From an uncultured Patescibacteria group bacterium (GTDB taxonomy: Bacteria; Patescibacteriota; Microgenomatia; UBA1400; PJMF01), in the NCBI GenBank assembly GCA_905478415.1, contig CAJQIG010000002.1, positions 186,699 through 250,698 of the forward strand: a stretch of 64,000 bases of DNA, written 5' to 3'. Below the pieces are notes generated by a model that made no database searches, was not told where the DNA came from, and saw nothing but the letters and a program-made list of their open reading frames with translations. Below are positions 44,946 to 54,838 of this stretch, one piece after another (the first letter of the stretch is position 1; the number at the start of each line of letters is the position of its first letter). The translations under genes were made by a program, and so were the position numbers.

Positions 44946-45512
44946 ATGCACAGAAAAAAAATTGCTTTGTTTGGAGGTGCCTTTGATCCTCCGCATCTTG
45001 GTCACCAAAAAGTTGCCAGCGTTGTCACTGCCGATTTTATTGATGAAGTTTGGTTTGTGCCAGTCTTTACGCACCCTTGGGCAAAAAAGTATCATAAAGA
45101 AAGTTTGGTCCGGTATGAAGACCGGCTTCAGATGTTGGAATTTCTGGTAGCAAAGAATCAAAAAATTGCTGAGTATCGTCAAGTGAGTTTTACGTATCCA
45201 ACACTCAAATTTTTTGAAGAACGGTATCCAGATTACGAGTTTTCATGGATCATGGGTTCAGAGTATATTGGTCGATTTGACGCGTTTCTTGAGGGTCACC
45301 CGAAGCTAAAAAACTTTACCTTTTATATCTATCCCCGAAAAGGATATCCCCTAGAAAACCTGCACCCAAACATGGTGGGTTTGTCTCAGATGAAGGAGAT
45401 TGATATCTCTTCGACTCAAGTCAAAGAACTGATTGAAAAAAAAGAGTCATTGGAAGATGTTGTTCTTCCTGAAGTCGCAGCCTACATCGAGTCCCATCAG
45501 CTCTACCAGTAG
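44946..45512 (+). CDS. nadD: Nicotinate-nucleotide adenylyltransferase
   Basis: IALFGGAFDPPHLGH (HxGH) and ISST motifs. Confidence 0.9.
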   Translation: MHRKKIALFGGAFDPPHLGHQKVASVVTADFIDEVWFVPVFTHPWAKKYHKESLVRYEDRLQMLEFLVAKNQKIAEYRQVSFTYPTLKFFEERYPDYEFSWIMGSEYIGRFDAFLEGHPKLKNFTFYIYPRKGYPLENLHPNMVGLSQMKEIDISSTQVKELIEKKESLEDVVLPEVAAYIESHQLYQ

Positions 45513-45546
45513 TCAGAATGCGTATCTTTCGTTATAAAAGAAGGTA

Positions 45547-46434
45547 ATGTCAAAACCACATACCCGCACTCCCGATACTCAATACCGAGAATTACTCGCT
45601 GAAATTTTAGAACATGGCGTCCGCACTCCTTCGCAGCAAGGGGTTGATGCTTTAACCTTGATTGGGCCAAAGCCACTCCATTTTAAGTTGAAAAATGGTT
45701 TTCCAATTATCACCGAACGAAAAATTAGTAAAAAAATTTGGAGCCAGGCTATTGGTGAGATTATTGGATTTATTAATGGGGCTCGTACCCAAGAAGAACT
45801 AGCAGAGTATGGTTGTAAGTGGTGGCATGCTTGGGTGACCGAAGCCAAATGTCATAAACGGGGTCTTGAAACTGGTGATATGGGTCCTGGAAGCTATGGC
45901 GCAGCTTTTCACGATTTTCCTACTGCCGAAGGGCCCACATTCAATCAATTTCAGAACATCATCGAGCAAATAAAAGAGAAACCCCAGCTTCGTACTCATT
46001 TCATTTCTCCCTGGATTCCTCAATACACTATTCGAGGGAAGGGAAAGCAACAAAAAGTCGTTGTTTGTCCGTGCCACGGTTGGATTCACATCAGAATTAT
46101 TGATGGAAAACTAACACTTCACATGTTCCAACGCAGTAGTGATACCCCGGTGGGGCTCCCTGCAAATTTGGCCCAGTATGCAGCGCTCACCATGATGATT
46201 GCTCAAGCTACCGGTTATGAAGCCTATGAGTATGTACACAGCTTTAGCGATGCTCATATTTATGTAGATCAACTTGATCATGTTAAAGAATTGTTAAAAC
46301 GAGAGCCAAAATCGCTTCCTGTTATGAAGATGAACCCCGACAAAAAAGACTTGTTTGAGTTTAGAGTCGAAGATTTTAAGTTAACCGAATATGACTACCA
46401 CCCAGGAATGTGGGACATTCCAGTAGCTATTTAG
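45547..46434 (+). CDS. thyA: Thymidylate synthase ThyA-family protein (divergent)
   Basis: CPCHG (catalytic Cys), FQRSSDTPVGLPANLAQYA, SDAHIY and a C-terminal PVAI. Several phosphate-binding Arg positions appear substituted (alignment by eye). Confidence 0.8.
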   Translation: MSKPHTRTPDTQYRELLAEILEHGVRTPSQQGVDALTLIGPKPLHFKLKNGFPIITERKISKKIWSQAIGEIIGFINGARTQEELAEYGCKWWHAWVTEAKCHKRGLETGDMGPGSYGAAFHDFPTAEGPTFNQFQNIIEQIKEKPQLRTHFISPWIPQYTIRGKGKQQKVVVCPCHGWIHIRIIDGKLTLHMFQRSSDTPVGLPANLAQYAALTMMIAQATGYEAYEYVHSFSDAHIYVDQLDHVKELLKREPKSLPVMKMNPDKKDLFEFRVEDFKLTEYDYHPGMWDIPVAI

Positions 46435-46446
46435 GAAAGTATCCAT

Positions 46447-46905
46447 ATGGTAGATAAACCTGTTGTAGATCTAGATAATTATAGAGAGCCAGAGCAACTT
46501 GAGGTTATGCAGCAAATCCAAAAGGATGGAGTTTGTCCGTTCTGCATGGATGAATTTACAAAACACCAAACTGAAGAGACATTATTCGATGGTAAGTACT
46601 GGCTTTTAACGTATAACCGCTGGCCCTATAAAAACACTAAAGTCCATTTATTGGCAATTTATAAAGAACACGCTGAGCATATTTTAGAAGTTGAGCCGGC
46701 CGCAGGGGCAGAGTTAATTGAGGTATTCCAGTGGGCTTCCACACACTTTACTGTGCCAGGTGGTGGTTTTGTAATGCGATTTGGAGATACTAATTATTCG
46801 GCGGGGAGTGTGCAACATTTGCATGCCCAGTTTATACAGCCTGATATTGATGCTGCTACTTACGAGCCGGTGCGGGTGAAGTTGGGGAAGAGTAGGAAAG
46901 AGTAA
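46447..46905 (+). CDS. HIT-superfamily protein with a variant histidine triad
   Basis: VQHLHAQFIQP (HxHxQ instead of HxHxH) and an N-terminal CPFC. Confidence 0.6.
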   Translation: MVDKPVVDLDNYREPEQLEVMQQIQKDGVCPFCMDEFTKHQTEETLFDGKYWLLTYNRWPYKNTKVHLLAIYKEHAEHILEVEPAAGAELIEVFQWASTHFTVPGGGFVMRFGDTNYSAGSVQHLHAQFIQPDIDAATYEPVRVKLGKSRKE

Positions 46906-47051
46906 CTACTTTGTTTTAATCCTATATTTTTTTAAAGTATGCTATATACTATAATTTAGCGAGTACTTGCGCATTTTTTGTGCGGGTATGTAGCTGTTTT
47001 TTAACAATACTTTAACCGCATGTTTTTCAAAAAAACGAGGAGGTTTTTTTT

Positions 47052-47513
47052 ATGAACGTGACCGTCAATTGGTGGAGATCATTAATTTTTGTAGCACTGA
47101 TGATGATGACAACTCTACTCTGTGTTCAAGGTGCGGAGTTTACAATTCACAGGACAATTCCTGCGAATTCATACAAGCAGTTAAATCGGGGTTATGTGTA
47201 TACCACAGAGTCTGGTGAACCTGTTTCGATGGAGTTATATTCGGACTCAGAGTTTGTGATTGAGTGTGATGGAGAAATACCGGCTGACAACCCTAATGGG
47301 CTTGAAGGTATTCCTCAGACTTCATACTTTAATTTCAAACAAACAGTGACTTGTGAGAGGTTCATTGTGTTGATTGGCTACCCATATCTCAACGCTCCAG
47401 GAATTGTTCAAGGGAATGATATTGTTCCCTTCAATAATATTTTTGGGATGATTATCTTGGGTTTGGTACTGATGGCTCTTTGGTTCTGTCTCTGTTTTGT
47501 TTGGAAGAGGTAA
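47052..47513 (+). CDS. Hypothetical secreted protein with a C-terminal TM anchor
   Basis: GAGG Shine-Dalgarno sequence, N-terminal signal-like LIFVALMMMTTLLCVQG, and C-terminal IILGLVLMALWFCLCFVW. Confidence 0.55.
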   Translation: MNVTVNWWRSLIFVALMMMTTLLCVQGAEFTIHRTIPANSYKQLNRGYVYTTESGEPVSMELYSDSEFVIECDGEIPADNPNGLEGIPQTSYFNFKQTVTCERFIVLIGYPYLNAPGIVQGNDIVPFNNIFGMIILGLVLMALWFCLCFVWKR

Positions 47514-47575
47514 CGCACTAAAGTTGGTGTAGAAGATATTGTTATATAGCAGCCCGGTTTATTCGGGCTGCTTTT

Positions 47576-48394
47576 TTATCCTAAATGCGCAAGTACCACT
47601 CCAGCTTGTTGTAATATAGTTTCCCCATCGAGCATGCTATAGCCCTCAGAAAAATACAGTTTTGAGATACCACTACATGCAATCAATTTTGCGCACACAG
47701 GGCAAGGAAAAGTGGTGACATACAGTTCGGCGCCATCGAGCGACAGTCCTTTTTTAGCCGCATCTGCAATCAGGGCAGCTTCGGCATGAATAGCGGTAGA
47801 AAGATCGATGTGTTCACCTTTGTGGAATGAATTGCGAGGGTCACTGTCAATGTATGGCGTGTAGGGAGAGGGCAAATGATGGTTGTGAGTTACCGAAATA
47901 ATCTCTCCCTTTTGAACCAGAGCGCAGCCAACTTGGCGCCACCAATCACTACTATGCTCAGCCACTTCAAATGTTGCTGCAGTTATGGAATCTGGTTCAT
48001 GTTGAGTTAGAGTGTTATCTCGATTCCACCGTAAAAATGTTTGGTTATATGTTATTTGCGCTTTTGAAAGTTTTTTTTCTGCCAGCCATAGGAAGATATC
48101 TTCATCTGGAAGTATGAGTTGTTGATTTTCAATAGCTAGTTGTTGGAGTTTTTTGGGATCTAAGAGAGAGATGTTTTTCTTGGGGAAGATTGCTCTGAGG
48201 CTTGTTAGGGCATTTTCTGGAGAGAGGGCTCTAATTTCTTTTCGCAAGTAATCAAAGTGGGTATCAATAAGTGCAATCATTTTTTCATCTAAGATATACA
48301 CAGTTGTTTCGTCAGTCAGTTGGGATACGAAGTCAAGATATCCTTTATGGAGAACGGGAAGGTAGAGAAGTGCTGCTGTTTTTGGAGTTGGCAT
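47576..48394 (-). CDS. dCMP/CMP deaminase-domain protein with an N-terminal extension of about 130 aa
   Basis: HAEAALIADA and TFPCPVCAKLI form the zinc motif HAE...PCxxC. The N-terminal region carries PVLHKGY (HxGH-like). Confidence 0.8.
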   Translation of the reverse strand: MPTPKTAALLYLPVLHKGYLDFVSQLTDETTVYILDEKMIALIDTHFDYLRKEIRALSPENALTSLRAIFPKKNISLLDPKKLQQLAIENQQLILPDEDIFLWLAEKKLSKAQITYNQTFLRWNRDNTLTQHEPDSITAATFEVAEHSSDWWRQVGCALVQKGEIISVTHNHHLPSPYTPYIDSDPRNSFHKGEHIDLSTAIHAEAALIADAAKKGLSLDGAELYVTTFPCPVCAKLIACSGISKLYFSEGYSMLDGETILQQAGVVLAHLG

Positions 48395-48954
48395 TAGTGA
48401 TGACTTTTAAGTTCTTCAAGTATTTCTTCCATGGCTGAAATAACTTTGTGAGATAATGTTTTACTAATTTTTTTAGCCATTCCAAGTTGGACAAGGCGTA
48501 GTTTGGCACTGGTTGAAGTGGTCGCCATAGGATCAAGCACAACTACTTCACCACAGATTTTTTTGAGTTTAGTCAGTTGCACTTTAGAATAAGTTTCTTT
48601 AGTGGTGATTAACACATTCGGTGAGATGAGACGAATCAGTTCCCATTTGGGTTCTGTTAGGTTTTTAATAACTGCATGATCAACGGCGGTAATGTAGGTA
48701 ACCATTTCGAGTCGTTCAGTTTCTGGGACAATGGGTCGATCTGGACCCTTTCGCTTCTTAATTTTTTCATCCGAATCAATCCCCACAAACAGGACATCAC
48801 CATAGGTTTTGGCAGTAGTCAGGTAGCGACCGTGTCCAATATGAAGCATATCAAAGGAGCCTTGTGTAAGGATAATTTTTTTACCTGCCTTGCGGTAGTG
48901 CTCGGCTAGTTGGGCAATATCGGAGTAATCGTTGACCATTTTTTCTTCGTTCAT
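48394..48954 (-). CDS. Cytidylyltransferase-fold nucleotidyltransferase (RfaE-II/TagD-like)
   Basis: ILTQGSFDMLHIGHGRYL (HxGH). Confidence 0.75.
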   Translation of the reverse strand: MNEEKMVNDYSDIAQLAEHYRKAGKKIILTQGSFDMLHIGHGRYLTTAKTYGDVLFVGIDSDEKIKKRKGPDRPIVPETERLEMVTYITAVDHAVIKNLTEPKWELIRLISPNVLITTKETYSKVQLTKLKKICGEVVVLDPMATTSTSAKLRLVQLGMAKKISKTLSHKVISAMEEILEELKSHH

Positions 48955-49013
48955 AGTACGTATCGTAGCATGCCGAAATCGTTTTGTCAGAGAATCTGTG
49001 GTAGAGTACTGGT

Positions 49014-49523
49014 ATGAAAGTTACCTTAATCGCAGCTGTCACCATTGATGGTTTTATTGCTCGGGATGATGTCCATTTATCTACTCGTTGGACTAGTAAA
49101 GAAGACACTCGTTTTTTTAGAAGGTTGTCTGCTAAAGTCGGCCATATGGTAGTTGGTTCAAAAACCTTTAAAACATTTGATAGAAAAATGGCTGGGCGAA
49201 AGATCTATGTGTACTCGCACAAACAAACAGTCGAAAATAGTTCTGAAAACGATATTGAGGTAGTGTCTGCCTCCCCCAAAAAATTTATTACAGACCTTGA
49301 ATCTAGGGGCGTTGCGGAAGTGCTGATCTGTGGTGGATCATCAATATATACTCTTTTTATGAAGGCAGGGGTTGTTGACCGGTTGTTGCTGACTCAAGAG
49401 TCTACTATTTTTGGAGCCGGTGTCCCGTTGTTTTCGGAGCCACTCAAGACAAAGGTCAGTTTAGATATTATTCACAACTTATCAGACCAAACAAAAGTTT
49501 TTGAGTATGAGGTGATGAAATGA
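49014..49523 (+). CDS. Dihydrofolate reductase-family protein (RibD C-terminal-type)
   Basis: MKVTLIAAVTIDGFIARDD...VVGSKTF...ICGGSSIY. Confidence 0.7.
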   Translation: MKVTLIAAVTIDGFIARDDVHLSTRWTSKEDTRFFRRLSAKVGHMVVGSKTFKTFDRKMAGRKIYVYSHKQTVENSSENDIEVVSASPKKFITDLESRGVAEVLICGGSSIYTLFMKAGVVDRLLLTQESTIFGAGVPLFSEPLKTKVSLDIIHNLSDQTKVFEYEVMK

Positions 49524-49960
49524 AAACATTAACCGTTACGTTTAAGCGTTTTGATACCTCTTTGCCAATTCCAGAATATAAAACTTCTGGAGCTGCAGCT
49601 TTTGATTTATATGCTCGTGAGGAAACAACGATCGCGGCTGGAAAAATTGGCTACATTCCACTCAATATTGCTTTACAGTTGCCCGAAGAGTACTGGGCAT
49701 TGGTATCGGCACGGAGTTCACTGCATAAACGCGGGCTACTTTTAGCCAATGGTATTGGTGTGGGAGACTATGACTTTAGAGGGCCGAACGATGAATATAA
49801 GGCTCCAGTTCTTAATTTTTCTGATGTTGAAGTGACTATCGAAAAGGGTGAGCGGGTAGTGCAGATGATTATTATGCATCGTCACCCAGTTTCTCTTGTC
49901 GAGCTGAAAGAATTTGAGGGTCAAAATCGTGGGGGATTTGGTACCACTGGTCGTAAATAA
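49520..49960 (+). CDS. dut: dUTP diphosphatase
   Basis: SGAAAFDL, GVGDYDFRG and NRGGFGTTG motifs. 4-bp overlap with the upstream gene. Confidence 0.88.
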   Translation: MKTLTVTFKRFDTSLPIPEYKTSGAAAFDLYAREETTIAAGKIGYIPLNIALQLPEEYWALVSARSSLHKRGLLLANGIGVGDYDFRGPNDEYKAPVLNFSDVEVTIEKGERVVQMIIMHRHPVSLVELKEFEGQNRGGFGTTGRK

Positions 49961-50103
49961 GTAGGTTACATATCCATTCTGTACATTTTTTGTTCAATAC
50001 TGCTCAATGTGCCCATACGGCTTCTTTTCATTTTGGGAGAGACACGAAATGTGGTAATTTAGAGCTTGCACACCCACTACATCTTGTGGTTTTATTGTAA
50101 GGT

Positions 50104-51114
50104 ATGTCTGCCGCAATTACGAAAGAAATCCGCCACACTTATTCACTTTCTGAGTCAGAATCTCTTTGGAAAAATGAGAAACCAGACCTGATTGTTTTCT
50201 CTTCTTCGAGTGTCCGCAAGGCACTCATTTTTTCTTGGGCACTGCATGATTTTTCTTTTGATCATGTTGATCAAATGGGTCTGACGATCAAAGGGCCAGG
50301 GTTAAAAGGTCTTACAACTCCAGCTGAGATTCAAGAGTATTTCAATACTTATATCTATAATGGTGATATGGCCCTTCGGCAACAAGTTTGCCTAGGTGAA
50401 TTCGAAGGGGTCCCCGTTTGGGCGTACCCTCAAACAACTGAATCAGATAAAAATGATGATCCCATAGCCGAGGCTCGTAACAAAGCAACTGCTTTTGCAG
50501 ATCAATTTGCTGGTCGAAATGTTTTTTTTATTGCCAGTGATGTGGTGGGCACATCTTCTAACTTTATTGATGAAGTAGGTACACAAATTAAAATGGGCAA
50601 GCCAATAAACTTTAGATCCAGTTTAGAGGTAGAAGCTGCAGAACAGGGATCTCAGACACCGTTATGGGAATCTCCCGAAGCCTTCATTGCTTGGTATAAG
50701 GAGGTTGTGTTTGAAGTTAACTCTACTTTAGGACACATTTCTGGAGTAGTCGTACTTGATGCAGCAGAACACCAACTGTATGCCACCGAAGTTGAACTGT
50801 ACCATCAGCTTTCAGCCGAACTACACCAACACTTAGAAGTGTTATCCGATGCGGGTTTAGGCGGTGCTTGGCAGCAGATACAAGCGTATTTACAAGATTC
50901 TTTAACCTTGCTGGGAGATGCTGTTGTAGACATTATCCCAACTCACGCTGATCCAGACGAAGAAACTACAGAACAGCTAGTCTTTGCTCATATGATTGGG
51001 GTTCAAGTTCTGGCATTTTTAGAACTTTTAGTGGGCGTACAGCGAGATGAAGTAGCGGTGCTCTCGGCAAAGAAACCAGTACAAAATCTTATTTTTGATG
51101 GGGAGAGTCGCTAA
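50104..51114 (+). CDS. Hypothetical protein with a divergent Maf-like (nucleotide pyrophosphatase) region
   Basis: LIVFSSSSVRKAL (compare Maf LILASxSPRRxxLL), FIASDVV (compare vigADTvv), GLGGAWQQIQ (compare DKAGAYGIQ). Similarity is weak. Confidence 0.4.
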   Translation: MSAAITKEIRHTYSLSESESLWKNEKPDLIVFSSSSVRKALIFSWALHDFSFDHVDQMGLTIKGPGLKGLTTPAEIQEYFNTYIYNGDMALRQQVCLGEFEGVPVWAYPQTTESDKNDDPIAEARNKATAFADQFAGRNVFFIASDVVGTSSNFIDEVGTQIKMGKPINFRSSLEVEAAEQGSQTPLWESPEAFIAWYKEVVFEVNSTLGHISGVVVLDAAEHQLYATEVELYHQLSAELHQHLEVLSDAGLGGAWQQIQAYLQDSLTLLGDAVVDIIPTHADPDEETTEQLVFAHMIGVQVLAFLELLVGVQRDEVAVLSAKKPVQNLIFDGESR

Positions 51115-51860
51115 TGTCACATCCATTTATTGAAGCTCGGGAAAAGGTCGATGAAATGCGTCGTCAAGCTAATTTACTCGAGGCTGTTGATCAGTTTGCA
51201 GCTCCCGAATTTTTACTTTCAATGGCAGTTACCGAGTTGCACGAGTATGCTCAGGAACAAGAAAAATATGGAACTCCAAACTACGATGTAGTAGCTACCA
51301 ATGGTGAGTTTGATGATATTGCTGTTTTCTTTTTTTCTTGGATCCAAACGTATGCCGCTAACGTCGATATGTTGCAAACAATTCATTCTGCTAATGGCTA
51401 TGGCAGTCATTCTGCAGCATTAGAGCAGTTGGGCCCCGTTATTCAAGATGCCGCAGATGATCTGCGAGCAGTTCCAGAAGTTATTACTCGGTTAGCTTCG
51501 ATTGGTATGCACATGCCAGTTCCGTATGTAGCTTTTGAAGGTATGGACAGGACAGTGAATAAAGTGCTTTCAAACCGTCCACCAGCGTTATATTCAGTCT
51601 TTTGCCCTAGTAAAGGTAGAGAATTGAAGGATGAGGAGTTAGTACGCAAGTACCAGCATTTGGAGAAGGGGACGCGCATGATTCGTAACAAGGTGGGGCG
51701 AACCTTGCAACCTGCAGATTGGCAGCCATACTATCAACAGTTGGTTGGTTGGACTCAGTCAGAAACGAACTTAACAGTACTCCAGCATCAACTGGCTCAA
51801 GGGATGCCGGTTACGCCAGTTCAATTAGAGAATGCTAAAACAAAGCTGTATACTAGCTAA
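51114..51860 (+). CDS. Hypothetical protein, possibly a MazG-like all-alpha NTP pyrophosphohydrolase
   Basis: Stop/start overlap with the upstream gene. ELHEYAQEQ...EFDDIAVFFFSWI loosely resembles the MazG EExxE/D helix pair. Confidence 0.3.
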   Translation: MSHPFIEAREKVDEMRRQANLLEAVDQFAAPEFLLSMAVTELHEYAQEQEKYGTPNYDVVATNGEFDDIAVFFFSWIQTYAANVDMLQTIHSANGYGSHSAALEQLGPVIQDAADDLRAVPEVITRLASIGMHMPVPYVAFEGMDRTVNKVLSNRPPALYSVFCPSKGRELKDEELVRKYQHLEKGTRMIRNKVGRTLQPADWQPYYQQLVGWTQSETNLTVLQHQLAQGMPVTPVQLENAKTKLYTS

Positions 51861-51902
51861 AAGTAAATAAAAATCAATAGAGTTGTGTAACGGAGGGAAC
51901 GT

Positions 51903-52544
51903 ATGAACGAGTCTACAAATAAAGGCTTTTTGCTTACGCTTGAAGGTGGTGAGGGTGGTGGAAAGACCACACAGATAGTGCGCCTCAAAGATCGCTTATT
52001 CAAAGAGGGTAAAGATGTGGTGGTGCTTCGTGAGCCGGGTGGAACGGTTATCAGTGAGCAAATTCGAGATGTAGTGTTATCTTCAAAAAATATTGGTATT
52101 GCCTTTACAGCAGAGGTACTTTTATTTCAGGCTGCTCGGGCACAAATTTATCGAGAAATTGTTTTGCCCTCACTTGAAGCTGGCAAGATAGTCATTATGG
52201 ATCGCTCGCGCGACAGCTCTGTAGTCTATCAAGGCATGGTCCGAGGTTTCGGGAAAGATATGATTGAAAAACTCAACGACCTCTCAACGAGAGATACTTA
52301 TCCAGATGCAACATTTTTACTTGATTTACCAGCTGAAATCGGATTACAAAGAAGACAGGAATCTGGCAAGCTTGATCGTTTAGATATGGAAGGAAATGAG
52401 TTTCATTTCAAAATTCGAAAAGCATATCTTGAGCTTGCCGAAAGCGATACTACTGGTCGATGGCAGGTGATTGATGCTTCAAAGTCTCTCGAAGAAGTTG
52501 AGGCTGCTTTGTGGAAAAAAACAAAACAAGTATTGGGTTTATAA
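51903..52544 (+). CDS. tmk: Thymidylate kinase
   Basis: LTLEGGEGGGKTTQ P-loop, DRSRDSSVVYQG (DR(Y/F) motif region) and a lid region. Confidence 0.9.
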   Translation: MNESTNKGFLLTLEGGEGGGKTTQIVRLKDRLFKEGKDVVVLREPGGTVISEQIRDVVLSSKNIGIAFTAEVLLFQAARAQIYREIVLPSLEAGKIVIMDRSRDSSVVYQGMVRGFGKDMIEKLNDLSTRDTYPDATFLLDLPAEIGLQRRQESGKLDRLDMEGNEFHFKIRKAYLELAESDTTGRWQVIDASKSLEEVEAALWKKTKQVLGL

Positions 52545-52584
52545 GCGTCTTCTCTTATAGATCGTTAGAGACTATCATGGTTCT

Positions 52585-53979
52585 ATGGTAGAAAAAAATT
52601 CACACGTTGCTAGCTTAGAAGAAGATGCACCTTCTGTAGAAGAAGAGTATGCGTCTTTTTCATTTTTGGCAACTACTTCACCAGATCAAACGTTTCGAGT
52701 AGCTCAAGAGCATCTAGAAGAAATTTTTGGAGATTTAACTGATAAAAAAGGTCGCAATCTATTGGAACACTATGGTGAAGCCGAGTGTTTATCTGTTTTG
52801 GCTCGGGTAGAGTATATTGCTCAAGAATTGCAAGCTGCGCTAGTTGACTCAGATATTTTAGAAAGTGAGTCAATTAGGAGCGCTGTTTCTGACAAAGTAG
52901 TCGAAAAAGTTCGTCGGTTTTTAATTGATCTTACGCCTTTGGGAAGTACTGCTCCAGATGCTGTTTGGTCTGAGTATGCTCCACAAGTTCGGGAACATGA
53001 TACGGAACGTGCGAAGAAATATGGATATGAGAGTGGGGGTGTCTACCTGAATCCCGAATGGGATCAGCTTGATCGTGCTTCTGAAAAAAGTAAGAACCAA
53101 CCAGAAACTCGGCAAGAAATTAATTTTTATCAGCGTTTGTTAACGCACGTGATGATGACTACTATTTTTGTTGAGAAGTTGGGAACTCAAATCAATGCGG
53201 TTCTAGAGCTAGCAAATCGTGATGGAACTGCCTTGGATGAAGGTGCGTTTGGTTACCTGAAAGAGAAGAATGGCCAGTATCGCACCATTGATCTTAATCG
53301 GATGAAGGTGCGAATGTTAGTGCACGATATTGGTCGTTGGGCGACGCATCACCCGGTTCTGCACGAAACGCTACCTGACTTACTAGCACATTATTTAGGA
53401 GTGACACCGCCCCTAATTCAATATGAATTCAATCATCAAGAGCGGTATTTCTCAGGAACAGTAGATACGGTGAATCCTCAAAACATACCGATTGAAGAAT
53501 CTCTGTTTCACTTTATTGATTTTATTGCGAAGCGTGATGATGAAAGCGATCTTGAGTCGGTAAAAGTTCGTCGCTTAGACCAATTGGCAGAACATGCTAT
53601 TGCTCGAGCCTCTGGATACAATGGTAAGCTTAAGGAATTTTGGGAGGCACAGCTGCGAATGCGGTTAGAGGGGGGCACGTTATCTCTTGAAGATTTAATT
53701 CGGAAAGCCTTGGAAATACTGAGTGATTCACATGACCCGGGTCAGGCAGAGTTCTATAAGATGGAGCTGCAGTTTCTGCAAAATATTTTGCCTTTTTTAG
53801 GAACACAAAAAGAACCAGGTTTATTTCAAACAGTCGGAACTTCTCTTGAGGAACAGATTGCGTTTGGAGAGCAGGAATTTGAACAACAGATCGATTCGGG
53901 TGAATTGCTTGGATATCAAGATATTCCGGTCAGTAGCGTAGTTGCTACTTCTATTACCACTGCTTTAACTGGAAAGTAA
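52585..53979 (+). CDS. Hypothetical protein with a possible HD-domain core
   Basis: 464 aa. LLTHVMMT...MLVHDIGRWATHHP is compatible with the H...HD motif. Confidence 0.35.
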   Translation: MVEKNSHVASLEEDAPSVEEEYASFSFLATTSPDQTFRVAQEHLEEIFGDLTDKKGRNLLEHYGEAECLSVLARVEYIAQELQAALVDSDILESESIRSAVSDKVVEKVRRFLIDLTPLGSTAPDAVWSEYAPQVREHDTERAKKYGYESGGVYLNPEWDQLDRASEKSKNQPETRQEINFYQRLLTHVMMTTIFVEKLGTQINAVLELANRDGTALDEGAFGYLKEKNGQYRTIDLNRMKVRMLVHDIGRWATHHPVLHETLPDLLAHYLGVTPPLIQYEFNHQERYFSGTVDTVNPQNIPIEESLFHFIDFIAKRDDESDLESVKVRRLDQLAEHAIARASGYNGKLKEFWEAQLRMRLEGGTLSLEDLIRKALEILSDSHDPGQAEFYKMELQFLQNILPFLGTQKEPGLFQTVGTSLEEQIAFGEQEFEQQIDSGELLGYQDIPVSSVVATSITTALTGK

Positions 53980-54022
53980 TTAACTCTTGGCTAAGCTGGC
54001 GATAACTTGTAGGATGTGGGCT

Positions 54023-54637
54023 ATGAGTTCAATCAAATTACCACGAGCAGTCACCGATTTAGTCGATAGTTTTGAAAAACTGCCAGGTGTTGGGCCAAAA
54101 TCTGCCCAGCGACTAGTTTTTTATTTACTGCATAATCCTGAGCGCGAGTTAGAATCTTTTGCTGAGAATTTGTTGAAGCTTAAAAAGAATACTGTTCTTT
54201 GTGAGCAGTGCCATAATGTCAGTGAAACAAATCCGTGTCCCATTTGTGCAGACGAGAGTCGCGATGACAGTATGCTCTGCATAGTAGAGCAACCACTTGA
54301 TGTGTTGGCTCTTGAGCGCTCAGATGCGTATAAGGGGCGGTACCATGTACTGCATGGTTCTATAGCCCCTCTCAACAACATTGGGCCCGAACAGTTGTAT
54401 TTGCACGACATTGTGAAGCGACTTGAGGGAGTAGCTGAGATTGTGTTAGCTACAAACCCCACCATGGAGGGGGAGGCCACGGCACTCTATATTACGGAGT
54501 ACTTAACGCAAGCCAGTGTTCCTACTACTGAGATTGTGATGACCAGAATCGGCCATGGGTTACCCATTGGGGCAGATATTGAGTACGCTGATGGCATGAC
54601 GCTCTCACGAGCTCTTGAGGGGCGCCGAAAAGTGTAA
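54023..54637 (+). CDS. recR: Recombination protein RecR
   Basis: LPGVGPKSAQRL HhH motif, CEQCHNVSETNPCPIC zinc finger, and a Toprim domain (CIVEQPLDV). Confidence 0.93.
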   Translation: MSSIKLPRAVTDLVDSFEKLPGVGPKSAQRLVFYLLHNPERELESFAENLLKLKKNTVLCEQCHNVSETNPCPICADESRDDSMLCIVEQPLDVLALERSDAYKGRYHVLHGSIAPLNNIGPEQLYLHDIVKRLEGVAEIVLATNPTMEGEATALYITEYLTQASVPTTEIVMTRIGHGLPIGADIEYADGMTLSRALEGRRKV

Positions 54638-54838
54638 AACTAGCACTTTTTTCTGATGGTTTAGTACCCAGTTTGATTTCTTGCTGTTTTGGTTTTATTT
54701 GGTACTATATAAGTACATGGCGCAAGTCAAAACACATACTTCAATCCGCTGTTCTTTTGAAAGAAAGAGGCGGTTTTTTCGTTTACAGCTTGAATGAGTA
54801 GCAATACGTTTCACTTCGGTGAAATGGAAAGGGATACT

